This document shows positions 28,126 to 40,385 of a stretch of 64,000 bases of DNA, piece after piece; the stretch's first letter is position 1, and each line of letters opens with the position of its first letter. Origin of the DNA: Heterodontus francisci. Its lineage: Eukaryota. The notes under the pieces were generated by a model, which did no database searches, was not told where the DNA came from, and saw only the letters and a list, made by a program, of their open reading frames with translations. The stretch is taken from NCBI RefSeq assembly GCF_036365525.1, contig NC_090404.1, positions 11,064,550 through 11,128,549 of the forward strand, given 5' to 3'. A program made the translations under genes and the position numbers.

Positions 28126-28242
28126 AACAAATTGTCCTGCCTTAGTTATTACTGCAGTTTATATCACGCTGGATCCCGTCTCTGACGTTATTGTATTGGA
28201 GACAGTGTCAATTCATACTGCTGTGGAACTTGCCTCTGTGTA

Positions 28243-29139
28243 GTAAAAGCATGATACTGCGGATGCTGGAAATCTGAAATAAAAAACAATAAGTGCCGGA
28301 AATACTCAGCAGGTCTGGCAGCATCTGTGGAGAGAGAAGCAGAGTTAACTTCACCATTCAAGGCCCAAAACTCTCATTCTAGATGAAGCAGCAATTTACG
28401 TGTACTTCTTTCAATTTAGTATACTGTATTCACTGCTCACAATTCGGTATCCTCTGCATTAGGGACACCTGACGCAGATTAGTGACCACTTTGCGGAACA
28501 CCTCCATTCAGTCCGCAAGCTTGGACCTCGAGTTTCTGGTCGCCTGTCATTTTAATTCACCATTCTGCTTTCACGGCCGCATTTCTGTCCTTGGCCTGCT
28601 TCAGAATTCCAATGTAGCTCAACGCAAGCTCGAGGAACAGAACTTCATCTTCTGATTAGGCACTCTACAGCCTTCTGGACTCAACGTTGTCTTCAACAAT
28701 TTCAGACTGTGACCGCCATTTTAATTTTTTAATTTAATTTAATTTTTATTTATTTATTAGTTTACTTTATTGTTTTAACCATGTGCATGTCTTAAAGTTG
28801 TTTTCATATTTTTGCTTTCGGACAGAGCTGTTCATTATTCTGTAATCAACACTCTCTCTGGACTAATGCTTTGTCTTTTACTGCAACTATTAGCATTCCC
28901 TTTGCCTTTTATTCCTTGACATCTGTGTTATTTAATCTCTCCTGCCCTCTATCCTGCCACAGACCTTCCCTGTCGTCCTTCTTCCCTCCCCCTTCCCTCC
29001 TTTCACTTGCTCAAAGCCTATTACATTTCTAACTTTTGCCAGTTCTGATGAAAGGTCACAGACCTGAAATGTTAACTCTGTTTCTTTCTCCACAGGTGCT
29101 GCCAGACCTGCTGAGTATTTCCAGCCCTTTCTGTTTTTA
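28243..29139 (+). mobile_element. Penelope-like element with inverted terminal pLTR
   Basis: GIY-YIG remnant 28380-28710; 28245-28350 is the inverted copy of 29070-29138; flanking TGCCTCTGTGTA / TGCCTCTTTGTA. Confidence 0.85.
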
Positions 29140-29582
29140 TGCCTCTTTGTAAATTCAGATTGGCCCTGTTACTGTTATTACTGCACGAGACCACTGTTTA
29201 CATTACAGTGGACCCGGTCTTAATTACAGCAGTAGACTATGTCTCTGTTGATATTACAGTAGATCAGGTCTCAGATATTTATACACTAAAGTATGCTTCA
29301 GTTTATGTTATACTAGGCCCTGATTCAGTTATTAGTGCACGCGGGTATTTCTTGGCTTATAATATACTAGACCTGTCTATCATTAAATTATTCTGGCGCA
29401 TGACTCTTCGTATGTTACTCTCGGCCCTGTCTCAGTTATTGGTGCACGGGATCATGCCGCTGTGTATAATACTTGTGGTCTTGTCCCAGTTACTGTTGCA
29501 CGAGACATTGTCTCTGTCTATATTAGACTAGACGCTCATCTGTTTATATTACATTCGATCCTGTCTCTGTTTATATTAAATA

Positions 29583-30280
29583 CAGAAACATGGAAAATAG
29601 GAGCAGGAGTAGGCCATTCGGCTCTTCGAGCGTGCACCGCCATTCAATAGGATGCCTGATCGTCCAAACTCAGTACCTAGTTCCCAGTTTCTCCCGGTAT
29701 CCCTTGATTCCTTTAGCCCGAAGAACTATATCTAACTCTTTCTTGAATATATTTAATGATTTGGCCTCAACTGCTTTCCGTGGTAGAGAATTCCACTGGT
29801 TCACCACTCTCTGGGTGAAGAAATTCCTCCTCATTTCAGTTCTAAATGGCTTACCCCTTATCCTCAGAGTGTGACCCCGCGTTCTGGACTCCCCCACCAT
29901 TGGGAACATCCTTCCTGCATCTAGTCTGTCCAGTCCTGTTCGAATTTTGTCGGTTTCTTTGAGATCCCCTCTCATTCTTCTAAACTCTAGTGAACACAAG
30001 CCTAATTGACCCAATCTCTCTTCATACATCAGTCCCGCCATCCCAGGAATCAGTCTGGCGAACCTTCGCTGCACTCCCTCCGTAGCAAGAACATCCTTCC
30101 TCAGATAAGGAGACCAAAACTGCACACAATACTCCAGATGTGGTCTCACCAAGGCCTTGTATAATTGCAGCAAGCCATCCTTGCTCCTGTACTCGAATCC
30201 TCTCGCTATGAAGGCCAACATACCATTTGCCTTCTTAACTGCCTGCTGCACCTGCATGCTTACTTTCAGCGACCGGTACA
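29583..30280 (-). mobile_element. CR1 3' fragment
   Basis: ORF 29670-30296 (RPHLEYCVQFWSPY, RRNFFTQRVV). Confidence 0.92.
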
Positions 30281-31106
30281 CAAAGAAAAAAATCATATCT
30301 GTTTATATTACACTATGTCCATCTCAGTTATTGCCACACCAGACCATGCTTTTGTTTATATTACCCAAGTCCCTGTCTCAGATATTAGTGCACTAGAGTG
30401 TGTATCATGCTATATTACACTGGTCCCAATCTCAGTTATTAGCGCTCTGGAATATGTCTCTGCTTATATTAGACTAAGACTTCCTTGCGTGTCTATTACC
30501 ATAGATCATGTATCCAGTTATATTATACTAGACCCTGTCTCAGTTATTATTACACTAGCTAATGCCTGTGTTTATATTACACTAGGATCTGTCTCAGTTA
30601 TTACTGAAATATGCCATGTCTCTGTACTAGCTAATGCCTGTGTTTATATTACACTAGGATCTGTCTCAGTTATTACTGAAATATGCCATGTCTCTGTTTA
30701 TGTTACCCTACACCATTTTCCTACTTATATCACACAATGCTCTGTTATAGTTATAATGGTTCAAAACCACATCACTGCAATATCACTATCATGCTTAATC
30801 CTGTCTCAGTTATTTCTATACTGGGCGATGCCTTTGTTTACATTACAACAGACCATGTGTCTCTTTATGTTCGGCAATCCCTGTCTCAGTTATTACTGCA
30901 CTAGACAATTTCTCTGTTTATATTACATTAGACCCTGTATCAGTTATTACTGCATTGGACAAAGTCCCTATTTATATTATACCAGGACTTGTCTGTGTTT
31001 GCATTTCGGCACACCCTGTATCAGTTTGTTCAGCACTAAACCATGGCTTTGCGTAGATTGCATTAGACGCTGTCTCAGTTTTTACAACCATAGAGCAAAT
31101 CTATGA

Positions 31107-32058
31107 GGTTATGACTGACTGCTCAAGTCAAAGCCCCCAATCAAAATAGACGATTCTGATTGTGGTGGGAGAGACGCACTGATAATTCAATCATGTTGCT
31201 CTACAGATCGCCTAACATATCATTTAAAACTTTCCAAATTAAAGAAAGACCTAGCCAAATTATACCATCTATTAACCCCCGAATGAAGCTAAGCAAACCA
31301 GGTGTCTTTAAATCAATAAATTAACTCTTTAATTAGAAGAACTAAATTCTTAAACAATATAAAGATATAAACAACATTTAAAATAGAAAAAAATAGAGTC
31401 CTTGCAAATTTACAGTCCAAAGTTGCTTGAAGTCCTCACAGGATATCGCTCGAAGTCCTCACAGGATGCTGCTCGAAGTCCTCACAGGATGTTTGTTGCT
31501 TGAAGTCCTCATGGAATATTGCTTTCCTTCTCCTGCGAGTTTCAGTAATTAATGACTTGCAAACTCTTTCAATGGAATCAAGCTGACTTTAGAGTTTTTT
31601 GAGGGATAAAAGATTGTCACAGTCCAACTTCCCTTTCTTCAATTTAAATTACCAGAGACCTCTGTTTTGGCTTGACGTTTTCTTAGAATTTTGAGATAAT
31701 AATAAAACAGACTGAAATCCCATTTCTTCAGTTTAAATGGTTGAGAGCTCCTTTTCCAGGCTCTGTCAGGCTCTCCACAGCTGTGTTCTCTGTGTCTCCC
31801 GTTAGAACAACCTGTCTTCCACTAACAGCCAGTTTAAAACTGAATTGTAACAAATGTATCGCATGAAACTCACTCCCAGGGGCTGTTTCCATGGTATCGA
31901 GAATGCACCCTTTGAATCGCAGTTTCCAAATGGCTGTTTCTAAGGCAACGAAAATGCACCTTCCTATAATTCCTAAGGCTTGCGGCTCTTAAATCAATAC
32001 TGATCCCTTGCAAGCCTTACAGGCAAACCGCATATTCTGAAAAAAAATCTACAGGACA
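31107..32058. mobile_element. Probable solo LTR
   Basis: About 950-bp block interrupting the satellite; ends (G)GTTATGA...GGACA; flanked by 4-bp ATGA (31103-31106, 32059-32062); internal 23-27-bp tandem GAAGTCCTCA repeats. Confidence 0.5.
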
Positions 32059-32071
32059 ATGATTATATCTT

Positions 32072-33110
32072 AAAAGCAAAATACTGCGGATGCTGGAAAT
32101 CTGAAACAAAAACAAGAAATGCTGGATTCACTCAGCAGGTCTGGCAGCATCTGTGGAAAGAGAAGCAGAGTTAACGTTTCGGGTCAGTGACCCTTCTTCG
32201 GAACTGACAAATATTAGAAAAGTCACAGATTATAAACAAGTGAGGTGGGGGTTGGGCAAGAGATAACAAAGGAGAAGGTGCAGATTGGACCAGGCCACAT
32301 AGCTGACCAAAAGGTCACGGAGCAAAGGCAAACAATATGTTAATGGTGTTTTGAAAGACAAAGCATTAGTACAGATTAGGTGTGAATATACTGAATATAG
32401 AACATCAGCAAGTGCAAACCTGAAGAAAAACAACCTGAAAAAAACAGTGGGTAAGCAAACTGAACAAACTAAGATGAAATGAAATAAATGCAAAAAATGT
32501 AAAAAGGAATGCAAAAAAAAGGGAGAAAAAATAACTAAAAACGACTAAAAATGAAAGTAAAGTGGGGGGCTGTCATGCTCTGAAATTATTGAACTCAATG
32601 TTCAGTCCGGCAGGCTGTAGTGTGCCTAATCGGTAGATGAGATGCTGTTCCTCGAGCTTGCGTTGATGTTCACTGGAACACTGCAGCAATCCCAGGACAG
32701 AGATGTGAGCATGAGAGCAGGGGGGAGTGTTGAAATGGCAAGCAACCGGAAGCTCAGGGTCCTGCTTGCGGACTGAGCGGAGATGTTCCGCAAAGCGGTC
32801 ACCCAGTCTGCGCTTGGTCTCCCCAATGTAGAGGAGACCACACTGTGAGCAGCGAATACAGTATACTACATTGAAAGAAGTACAAGTAAATCGCTGCTTC
32901 ACCTGAAAGGAGTGTTTGGGGCCTGGGATAGTGAGGAGAGAGGAGGTAAATGGGCAGGTGTTACACCTCCTGCGATTGCAAGGGAAGGTGCCCTGGGACG
33001 GGGACGAGGTGGTGGGGGTAATGGAGGAGTGGACCAGGGTGTCGTGGAGGGAACGATCCCTTCGGAATGCTGACAGGGGAAGGGAGGGGAAGATGCGACT
33101 GGTAGTGGCA
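32072..33110 (-). mobile_element. Penelope-like element (GIY-YIG domain, young copy)
   Basis: ORF 32573-32902 VYCIRCSQCGLLYIGETKRRLGDRFAEH; exact 11-bp TSD GATTATATCTT at 32061-32071 and 33111-33121. Confidence 0.92.
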
Positions 33111-33568
33111 GATTATATCTTGACAGACTGTCTCAGTTACTACTGCACTAGAATATGTCTCTGCTTAAATTGCACTAGACCATGTTTCTGTTTATATTGC
33201 ACTAGGCTGGCCATTGTTATTAGGGGACTAGAGCATACCTTTCTTTATATTACGCTGGACTGTATCTCTATTCATGTTACATTACTTTTTATGTCTCCTT
33301 GTACTGCACTAGGCCTAGCTTGGCTTATATTACACTAGACCCTGACGTAATCACGCATGGAGTGCTCTTTGCCATCCAACAGGACAGTTGCTAACTAAGT
33401 TTGTTTGTTGCTTACGTCTATTACGTGGCCATTTCTGCTGTTTGTAACACAACAACCTTTAGGGTATCATTGGGGCGATCTTGTCCCGAGGAAACAAACC
33501 TCAATCTGGACACGTGCTCAACAAAACTTTTACATTCGAGTCCGGAATGTATCAGCAGCATTTTAGAG

Positions 33569-34109
33569 ATGAAGCCCGTTGAGCTGGTCCTGATGTCCTT
33601 TGTACTAGGTAGATTGGGACATGTGTTCGCTCTGCTCATGTGAATTACCATGATGTTCCCTGTTGCATGTCAATATTGTGTTTCTTCATCTGGTGTGCAT
33701 ATTCCAGGCGTCCCTTGTATTATGTAAATTATAATAGATATTCCATGTGCTGGGTTGACTGCTGCCAATTAAGAAGCGGGTTAACCGATAACAATTATTT
33801 TACAGGTAAAATCCAAGGAACTTCAGTAACGCAACATCAACACGAGTTGAAGGCATCTGAAGGAGATCATCTTCAATTGAATTGTAATTACAACACCAGC
33901 TCTGATAATCCGGACCGTTACTGGTACCGTCTGTACCCGAACCAGGCACCCCAATTTATATTGTACCGTGATAACACCAGGCGAAGTGATGCCGATTTTG
34001 CGACAGGAAAATTCGCTGCCCGTCATTTCAATCAATATCAAGTTTTTCCTTTGTCGATTTCTGCAGCAGAGACTAAAGACAGTGCCGTCTATTTCTGCGG
34101 ACTGAGAGT
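33569..34109 (+). CDS. TCR alpha/delta-type V segment 1 (leader 33569-33608, V exon 33806-34109)
   Basis: Leader MKPVELVLMSFVLG with phase-1 donor GTAGAT; acceptor TTTACAG; V with LNC...YWYRL...APQFIL...DSAVYFC; RSS follows. Confidence 0.92.
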
Positions 34110-34147
34110 CACGGTGCTTGAAAACTGCTCGACTCCATACAAAAACC
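34110..34147 (+). other. Recombination signal sequence, 22-bp spacer (23-class)
   Basis: CACGGTG + 22 nt + ACAAAAACC. Confidence 0.93.
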
Positions 34148-35206
34148 TCGTCAAATCATAGAACCACCCGAGAACTAAGTCAAAGCATCTACCATCGGGC
34201 GCATCATGAAAAAAAATGTCACTGTTGGAATGATGGAAAAAAACATTTTTCACGTTTCACTACAATGGTTCTAACGATCACAGACTTTAGTTACGTGGAG
34301 TGAATGGAGAAGCTGGGATTGTTTCCCTCAGAGCTGAGAAGGTTTAAGGAGATTTAACAGACGTGACTACATTTATGAAAGGTTTTATAAAGTAGATGAG
34401 GAGAATTGTTTTTCACTGGAAGGAGAGTCGATAACGAGAGGCTACAGATTAACGATAATTCGCAAAAGAAATCGGGGGGAAGGGGGAGGCGGAGGGGATT
34501 TGGGAATTTTTTCGCAGTGAGTTGATCTGAGCAAGAAGGCACTGCCTGAAAGGGTGGTGGAAGCAGATTCAAGAACAACTTTCAAAAGAAATTGGATAAA
34601 TATTTAATAATGAAAGAGTCCAAGTCTATCGGAATAGAACAACAAAGTGGGAATTGTTGGATTGCTCTTGCACACTGCGAGCACAGACACGATTGGTTGA
34701 ATGATTTCCTGCTGTGTTGTATCATTCCGTAATTCTATAAATCACACCCAATCCTGACATTGGCATAAACTGTCGTTCCTTTATTTTCTCCAGGCCAAAA
34801 ATCCTAGACCTACTTACCTGTAGGAGCACCTTCACCACACGTTCAATTACCATATCAATCTCCCGAATAGCTATTGAACAAGAGGGGTGGGAAGGGAGGG
34901 GCGAATTATCAAACATGAACATAGCCCAGGGCGGTTTCCTTTCCTTCTCTTGCACTCTCCTCCTTTAATCTACTGAGTGACATTCTGAGTGATGTGGTAA
35001 GATGGTGTAGGAGGAAGTAGAGAGACTCCACAGACCAATCAGCACTCCTGTTCAAATACTGCGACTCGGCCAGCTCTTCATTGGAAAATAATTGCAAGAG
35101 ATACTTCCTCCTCTTCTGAGAAACAACAGTTTCTCCCTTCACTCCGCAAGGCTGATTGCAACAGTAAATATATCTGCTATTCCAAGGGGTTGTTGCTAAA
35201 CATACA

Positions 35207-35658
35207 ATGGAGCCGATGTTGTACCGTCTTCTCCTTATGTTGTGGCTAGTGTTGGGTAGGTATGGTCATGCTTTTTGTCTGTTTGTAGTATTGTGATGTT
35301 AATAGACTTTTCTACTCAGTATTGAATTCAACCTCCAGTTACCTTTTATTTCAGGGGTGATTCAGGCAGATTCGGTGTCACAACCTCAAACCTCACTGTA
35401 TATCAATGAAGGAGACACTATGAAAATAGACTGTAGCTACACAACAAGCTTAAGTGACCCCGATCTATACTGGTACCGACAGAACGTGAACCAGGCTCCG
35501 CAATTTATTTTGTATCGGGATAGTAGCAGTAAAAGGGATGCAGATTTTGCCAAGGGAAAATTCGAGGCCGGCCAGACGAACGCAGGAAAGAAGTTTCCTT
35601 TAACGATCACTCGAGCGGAAATCCAAGACACCGCTGTGTATTTCTGCGCGCTGAGAAG
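35207..35658 (+). CDS. TCR alpha/delta-type V segment 2 (leader 35207-35255, V exon 35355-35658)
   Basis: Leader MEPMLYRLLLMLWLVLG, donor GTAGGT, acceptor TTTCAG; DSVSQP...IDCSY...LYWYRQ...DTAVYFCALR. Confidence 0.95.
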
Positions 35659-35697
35659 CACAGTGCTTTAAAACTCATCTGTCCCTGTACAAAAACC
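35659..35697 (+). other. Canonical 23-RSS
   Basis: CACAGTG + 23 nt + ACAAAAACC. Confidence 0.97.
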
Positions 35698-35881
35698 TCA
35701 GTGAAACACACAACTGCCGCAGGCAGTATCTCCAGTTCAGGGGAATCCGCCGCTGTCCGTAAGTGTCAGTGGTAACTCTTGTCATCTCTCTCGTCCACTT
35801 TCTCTAAGTTAGAACATTATAGGTTCAAAGACTGGAGTGCGTAATACGAACTAACACTTCTGGTGTCAGTACTGAGGGAGT

Positions 35882-37437
35882 AGTAGTTCCACTACCGTGG
35901 AATCTCCCTGCTCAGCATAGTGGGGAAAGTCTTCACTCGTGTCGCTTTAAACAGGCTCCAGAAGCTGGCTGAGTGGGTCTATCCTGAGGCACAATGTGGC
36001 TTTCGAGCCGAGAGATCCACCATTAACATGCTGTTCTCCCTTCGCCAGCTACAGGAGAAATGCCGTGAACAACAGATGCCCCTCTACATTGCTTTCATTG
36101 ATCTCACCAAAGCCTTTGACCTCGTCAGCAGAAGTGGTCTCTTCAGACTACTAGAAAAGATTGGATGTCCACCAAAGCTACTAAGTATCATCACCTCATT
36201 CCATGACAATATGACAGGCACAATTCAGCTTGGCGGTGCCTCATCAGACCCCTTTCCAATCCTGTGCGGCGTGAAACAGGGCTGTGTTCTCGCACCTACA
36301 CTGTTTGGGATCTTCTTCTCCCTGCTGCTCTCACATGCGTTCATGTCTTCAGAAGAAGGAATTTTCCTCCACACAAGATCAGGTGGTAGGTTGTTCAACC
36401 TTGCCTGTCTAAAAGCGAAGACCAAAGTACGGAAAGTCCGCATCAGGGAACTCCTCTTTGCTGACGATGCTGCATTAACATCTCATACTGAAGAGTGTCT
36501 GCAGAGACTCATCGACAGGTTTGCGGCTGCCTGCAACGAATTTGGCCTAACCATCAGCCTCAAGAAAACGAACATCATGGGACAGGACGTCAGAAATGCC
36601 CCATCTCTCAATATCGGCGACCACACTCTGGAAGTGGTTCAAGAGTTCACCTACCTAGGCTCAACTATCACCAGTAACCTGTCTCTCCATGCAGAATTAA
36701 ACAAGTGCATGGGAAAGGCTTCCACTGCTATGTCCAGACTGGCCAAGAGAGTGTGGGAAAATGGCGCACTGACACGGAACACAAAAGTCCGAGTGTATCA
36801 AGCCTGTGTCCTCAGTACCTTGCTCTATGGCAGCGAGGCCTGGACAAGTCTCAATTCATTTCATCTTCGCTGCCTCCGGAGAATACTTGGCATCAGGTGG
36901 CAGGACCGTATCTCCAACACAGAAGTCCTCGAGGCGGCCAACATCCCCAGCATATACACCCTACTGAGTCAGCGGCGCCTGAGATGGCTTGGCCATGTGA
37001 GCCGCATGGAAGATGGCAGGATCCCCAAAGACACATTGTACTGCGAGCTTGTCACTGGTACCAGACCCACCAGTCGTCCATGTCTCCGCTTTAAAGACGT
37101 CTGCAAACGCGACATGAAGTCCTGTGACATTGATCACAAGTCGTGGGAGTCAGTTGCCAGTGATCGCCAGAGCTGGCGGGCAACCGTAAAGGCGGGGCTA
37201 AAGCGTGGCGAGTCGAAGAGACTTAGCAGTTGGCAGGAAAAAAGACAGAAGTGCAAGGAGAGAACCAACTGTGTAACAGCCCCGCCAACCAATTTTATCT
37301 GCAGCACCTGTGTAAGAGTCTGTCACTCTAGAATTACCCTTTTTAGCCACTCCAGGCGCTGCTGCACAAACCACTGACCACCTCCAGGCGCTTACCCATT
37401 GTCTCTCGAGACAAGGAGGCCAAAGAAGAAGAAGAAG
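35882..37437 (+). mobile_element. RTE-clade LINE, 5'-truncated (RT ORF 35920-37377)
   Basis: PEAQCGFR, GVKQGCVLAP, LFADD, C-terminal CxxC..H; (GAA)n tail; 11-bp TSD ACTGAGGGAGT at 35871-35881 and 37438-37448. Confidence 0.93.
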
Positions 37438-37720
37438 ACTGAGGGAGTGCTGCAGTGTTCGAAGTGCCGTCTTTCGGATGAGATGTTAAATGGAGGTTTC
37501 ACCTGGCCTCTGTGCGGGATCTGAAAGATCCCACCGCACTATTGTGTAAAAGAGCAGGGGAGTTCCCCTCTGCAGTTATTGCTAAATCGACGTCACTTAA
37601 ACAGATTATTGCATTGGCTTTTATGGGATCTTGCTGTGCGCATATTGGCTGCCGCCTTTCCTACATTCCAGTAGTGACTTGCGCCTTAAAATTATTTCAC
37701 TGGGACGTGTGGGACAGGCT
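37438..37720 (+). mobile_element. Deu-domain SINE (5' part at about 35820-35881) split by the RTE
   Basis: ACTGAGGGAGTGCTGCA...GTCTTTCGGATGAGATGTTAAA...AAAGATCCCA...GGGATCTTGCTGTGCG. Confidence 0.7.
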
Positions 37721-40385
37721 GAATGGACCCGAGCGTCCTTTGCTATATGTCCTCGTTCGTATATTCAATATCACAACTCGCGGGCCTGTCTCTTCACATT
37801 ATTTTGAGTTTCTCACTCAAGACTCGCTCAGATGACGTCAATTGCTTGACTGACCTCGAGCCCGGCCATTGGACACTGCGTCTTTCAAGGAAGCAAATGG
37901 GAGGCTTTTTGCACCAATCAGCGAACAGTACTTGATTACAGTCTCTTAAAAAAAACTCTCCAGTTCCGAGTGTACAACACAGAACCAGATTCCAGGCAGC
38001 TCGCCTTTCCCTTTAAGATTATTTGACTCATTAATCTGCTCAACCTCTCTCCTCTATCTCCTCTTTGCCCACATCGGACAAAGCAGGGCTTTTGATGACC
38101 TAATTTTTTTCAGCGAGTAAAGCGAAAACCGCAGGATGTCCGTTATACAAACGTATGAGCTATGTGAGTTTAACGAGTTCTTCTTGCGGCTTTTAACCCT
38201 GAGCAACGGTTTCCACCAATTGCCTATGAAGGCAAGGGGAATATAGCAGCACTAACCTTGCTATTATTAGTTTTCAGTAACCCTTTTGTGCTCGGTGTGT
38301 GTGAGAGTGGGAGAGGAGGTGTGATAACAGGAAAAAGAGAAAGGAGAGCAATCCTGGAAATATTACCCTAAATCAGAAAGCGATTAAAATGTAACGCAAG
38401 ACAGTTAGCATCTGAAAGTGACAGACAGGAAAAATTCCGGAGTGATCTCAGCGGCCAAGAGTTCATAGAATTGGTTAATTAACCTGTAGCTCTATGCGAC
38501 AGTTTTTAGTTTTTTTACACCATTGATGGACCCTGGGCAATACAGTCAGGTTCCGGACGATTTAGATAAAAATATTGCCATTTTATTTTATCGATTTTGG
38601 CCCTTCAACCTCAAAGTTGATTTCTGTTTATCGGGGAGACTATGCTTTTTCAGTGTATTCACATATTTGCTGACACATTTAGCGCGTTTGCTTTCTCCTT
38701 AATGCAGTATTAGTAACTATTATCACGTCATATTGGTTCTAAAATTCCCCCAATTGTATTGGATAGAATGCGCGCTTAGTAGACATTTTCACATCATCGA
38801 CACAGCGGAATTTGTACTAAATGCACCAACAGCTGGGGTAGCGATCTGAATGGACACTCCATATCGGAGCTGGAATCGATTACTTTAAAGAGAGAGAGAG
38901 AGGTGGACAAGATACTATGACTGATACTTTGCACAAAACTATTACAAATAGGTTAGAAATACTCCTGACCAAAATAAGGAGACAAATCAGGAATCTAACG
39001 GAATGCGGCAGGTCCCAGATATCACGTTCCTTTCGAAAACGTTTCATTTTTATTTTCCAAGCTACCTGATGCCACTTTATAAACATGACTGAAGTCTAAA
39101 CATTTCAATGGAAATGAAGTGACGCAGGACAACATACAAAGTGATAAAGTCCCCGCCCAAACACGAACAGAGATCTCTGTCGTTCAAGATCACAATCAAA
39201 CTCAGTTTGTAAATGCCACGGCGTAGGAAAGAGCAAGAGATTTCGACAGAAATATAACCGTAGGAAACTCAAAACTTTTCGGCTGTACCTAAAACGATTA
39301 TTTCCGAGAAAGAGAAAACAAAATTTTTTTTTTGCCGACTTTATGTTTCTGAATGTCCGTCTACACAGTTCTGGAAAAGGAACAGAGGAAGTCGGATGAA
39401 CTGCAAAAACAATTTGTTTTCGAACAATAATAATGGGAATATTTAATTTTCCAATTCTATCTGTCTATCTCACTTTCTCTGTCCCTTCTCTATTTCCATC
39501 TTTCTCTCCAAGTAAAACTCCATCCACATTGCCCAATGAAACACTCCCAGACCAGGTAAAATATGGTTCGATACAGAGTAAAGCTCCCTCTACACGGTCC
39601 CCATCAAACATTCCCAGGACAGGTACAACACGGGGATTGGCTGGTCAATTTGGAACACTTCCTGCCAGCAATCAGGGGGAGCAGCTGCACCTGTGCTGCA
39701 GCAACTGCAGAGTGGAGAGTGGAGAGTGGAGACTGCAGCAACTGGAGAGAGAGACTGGAGAAAGGTGAATACTGAGTGGAGACTGCACCAACTGGAGAGA
39801 GAGAGAGACTGGAGAAAGGTGAATACAGAGTGGAGGGAAACCATCAAGGAAGGCTGCAATTTTTCTGGAGAGGTGGGTGTCAGGGCACCTGAAAGACTAT
39901 TAAGTTTAAACTGTTTGGGGGAGGGAGAAGAGGCCTGAAGACTCAGGGGTGGGGCAGCCAATCCAGTAGGGGCCCCTGTGTTTGTATTGGTGTTTGCACA
40001 CAGGGAGCTCCCTCCCCACCCCAACTGCCTGCTCGGGACAGCTGGAGTTGCCCGGGTGAAGACTGTCTTGTTAAAATCAGAAGAGGAGAGTACCGGGCGG
40101 CTCCAGCCGTCCCGGGCGAAGAAGCCTCCCCCAACTGGAAGACAACAAACAGTTTTGGACTAATTGTTATAAAGGTGCTCCAACTGGCAGTTGGATCAAA
40201 CATCCTTTTCAGCCTTTCTCTCCCTTCCTCCACTCAGTCGCCTCAGTCACCTATCCTCCCCATTTCCTTTACCATCCTACCCCATCCTCCTCTACTCCCA
40301 CTCCACCTTGTTTAAAGTTTGCTTTTTTTAAAAAATTGTGTAAATTTGTTTTGTTTCTTGGGGGTGGACGTAGCTCTTAGACCCC

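Larger units (their letters stand above)
26890..33340. repeat. Old degenerate tandem repeat (unit about 50-55 bp) split by later insertions
   Basis: Recurrent CTGTCTCAGTTATTACTGCACTAGAC...TGTTTATATTACACTAG motifs at 26.9-27.5, 28.1-28.2, 29.1-29.6, 30.3-31.1 and 33.1-33.3 kb. Confidence 0.75.

Noticed and set aside
30165-31106. 313-aa hydrophobic ORF
   Set aside because: Translation of antisense CR1 plus degenerate satellite.
33640-34161. 173-aa ORF as a single-exon gene
   Set aside because: Fortuitously open intron in front of the V exon; a proper leader exon lies at 33569-33608.
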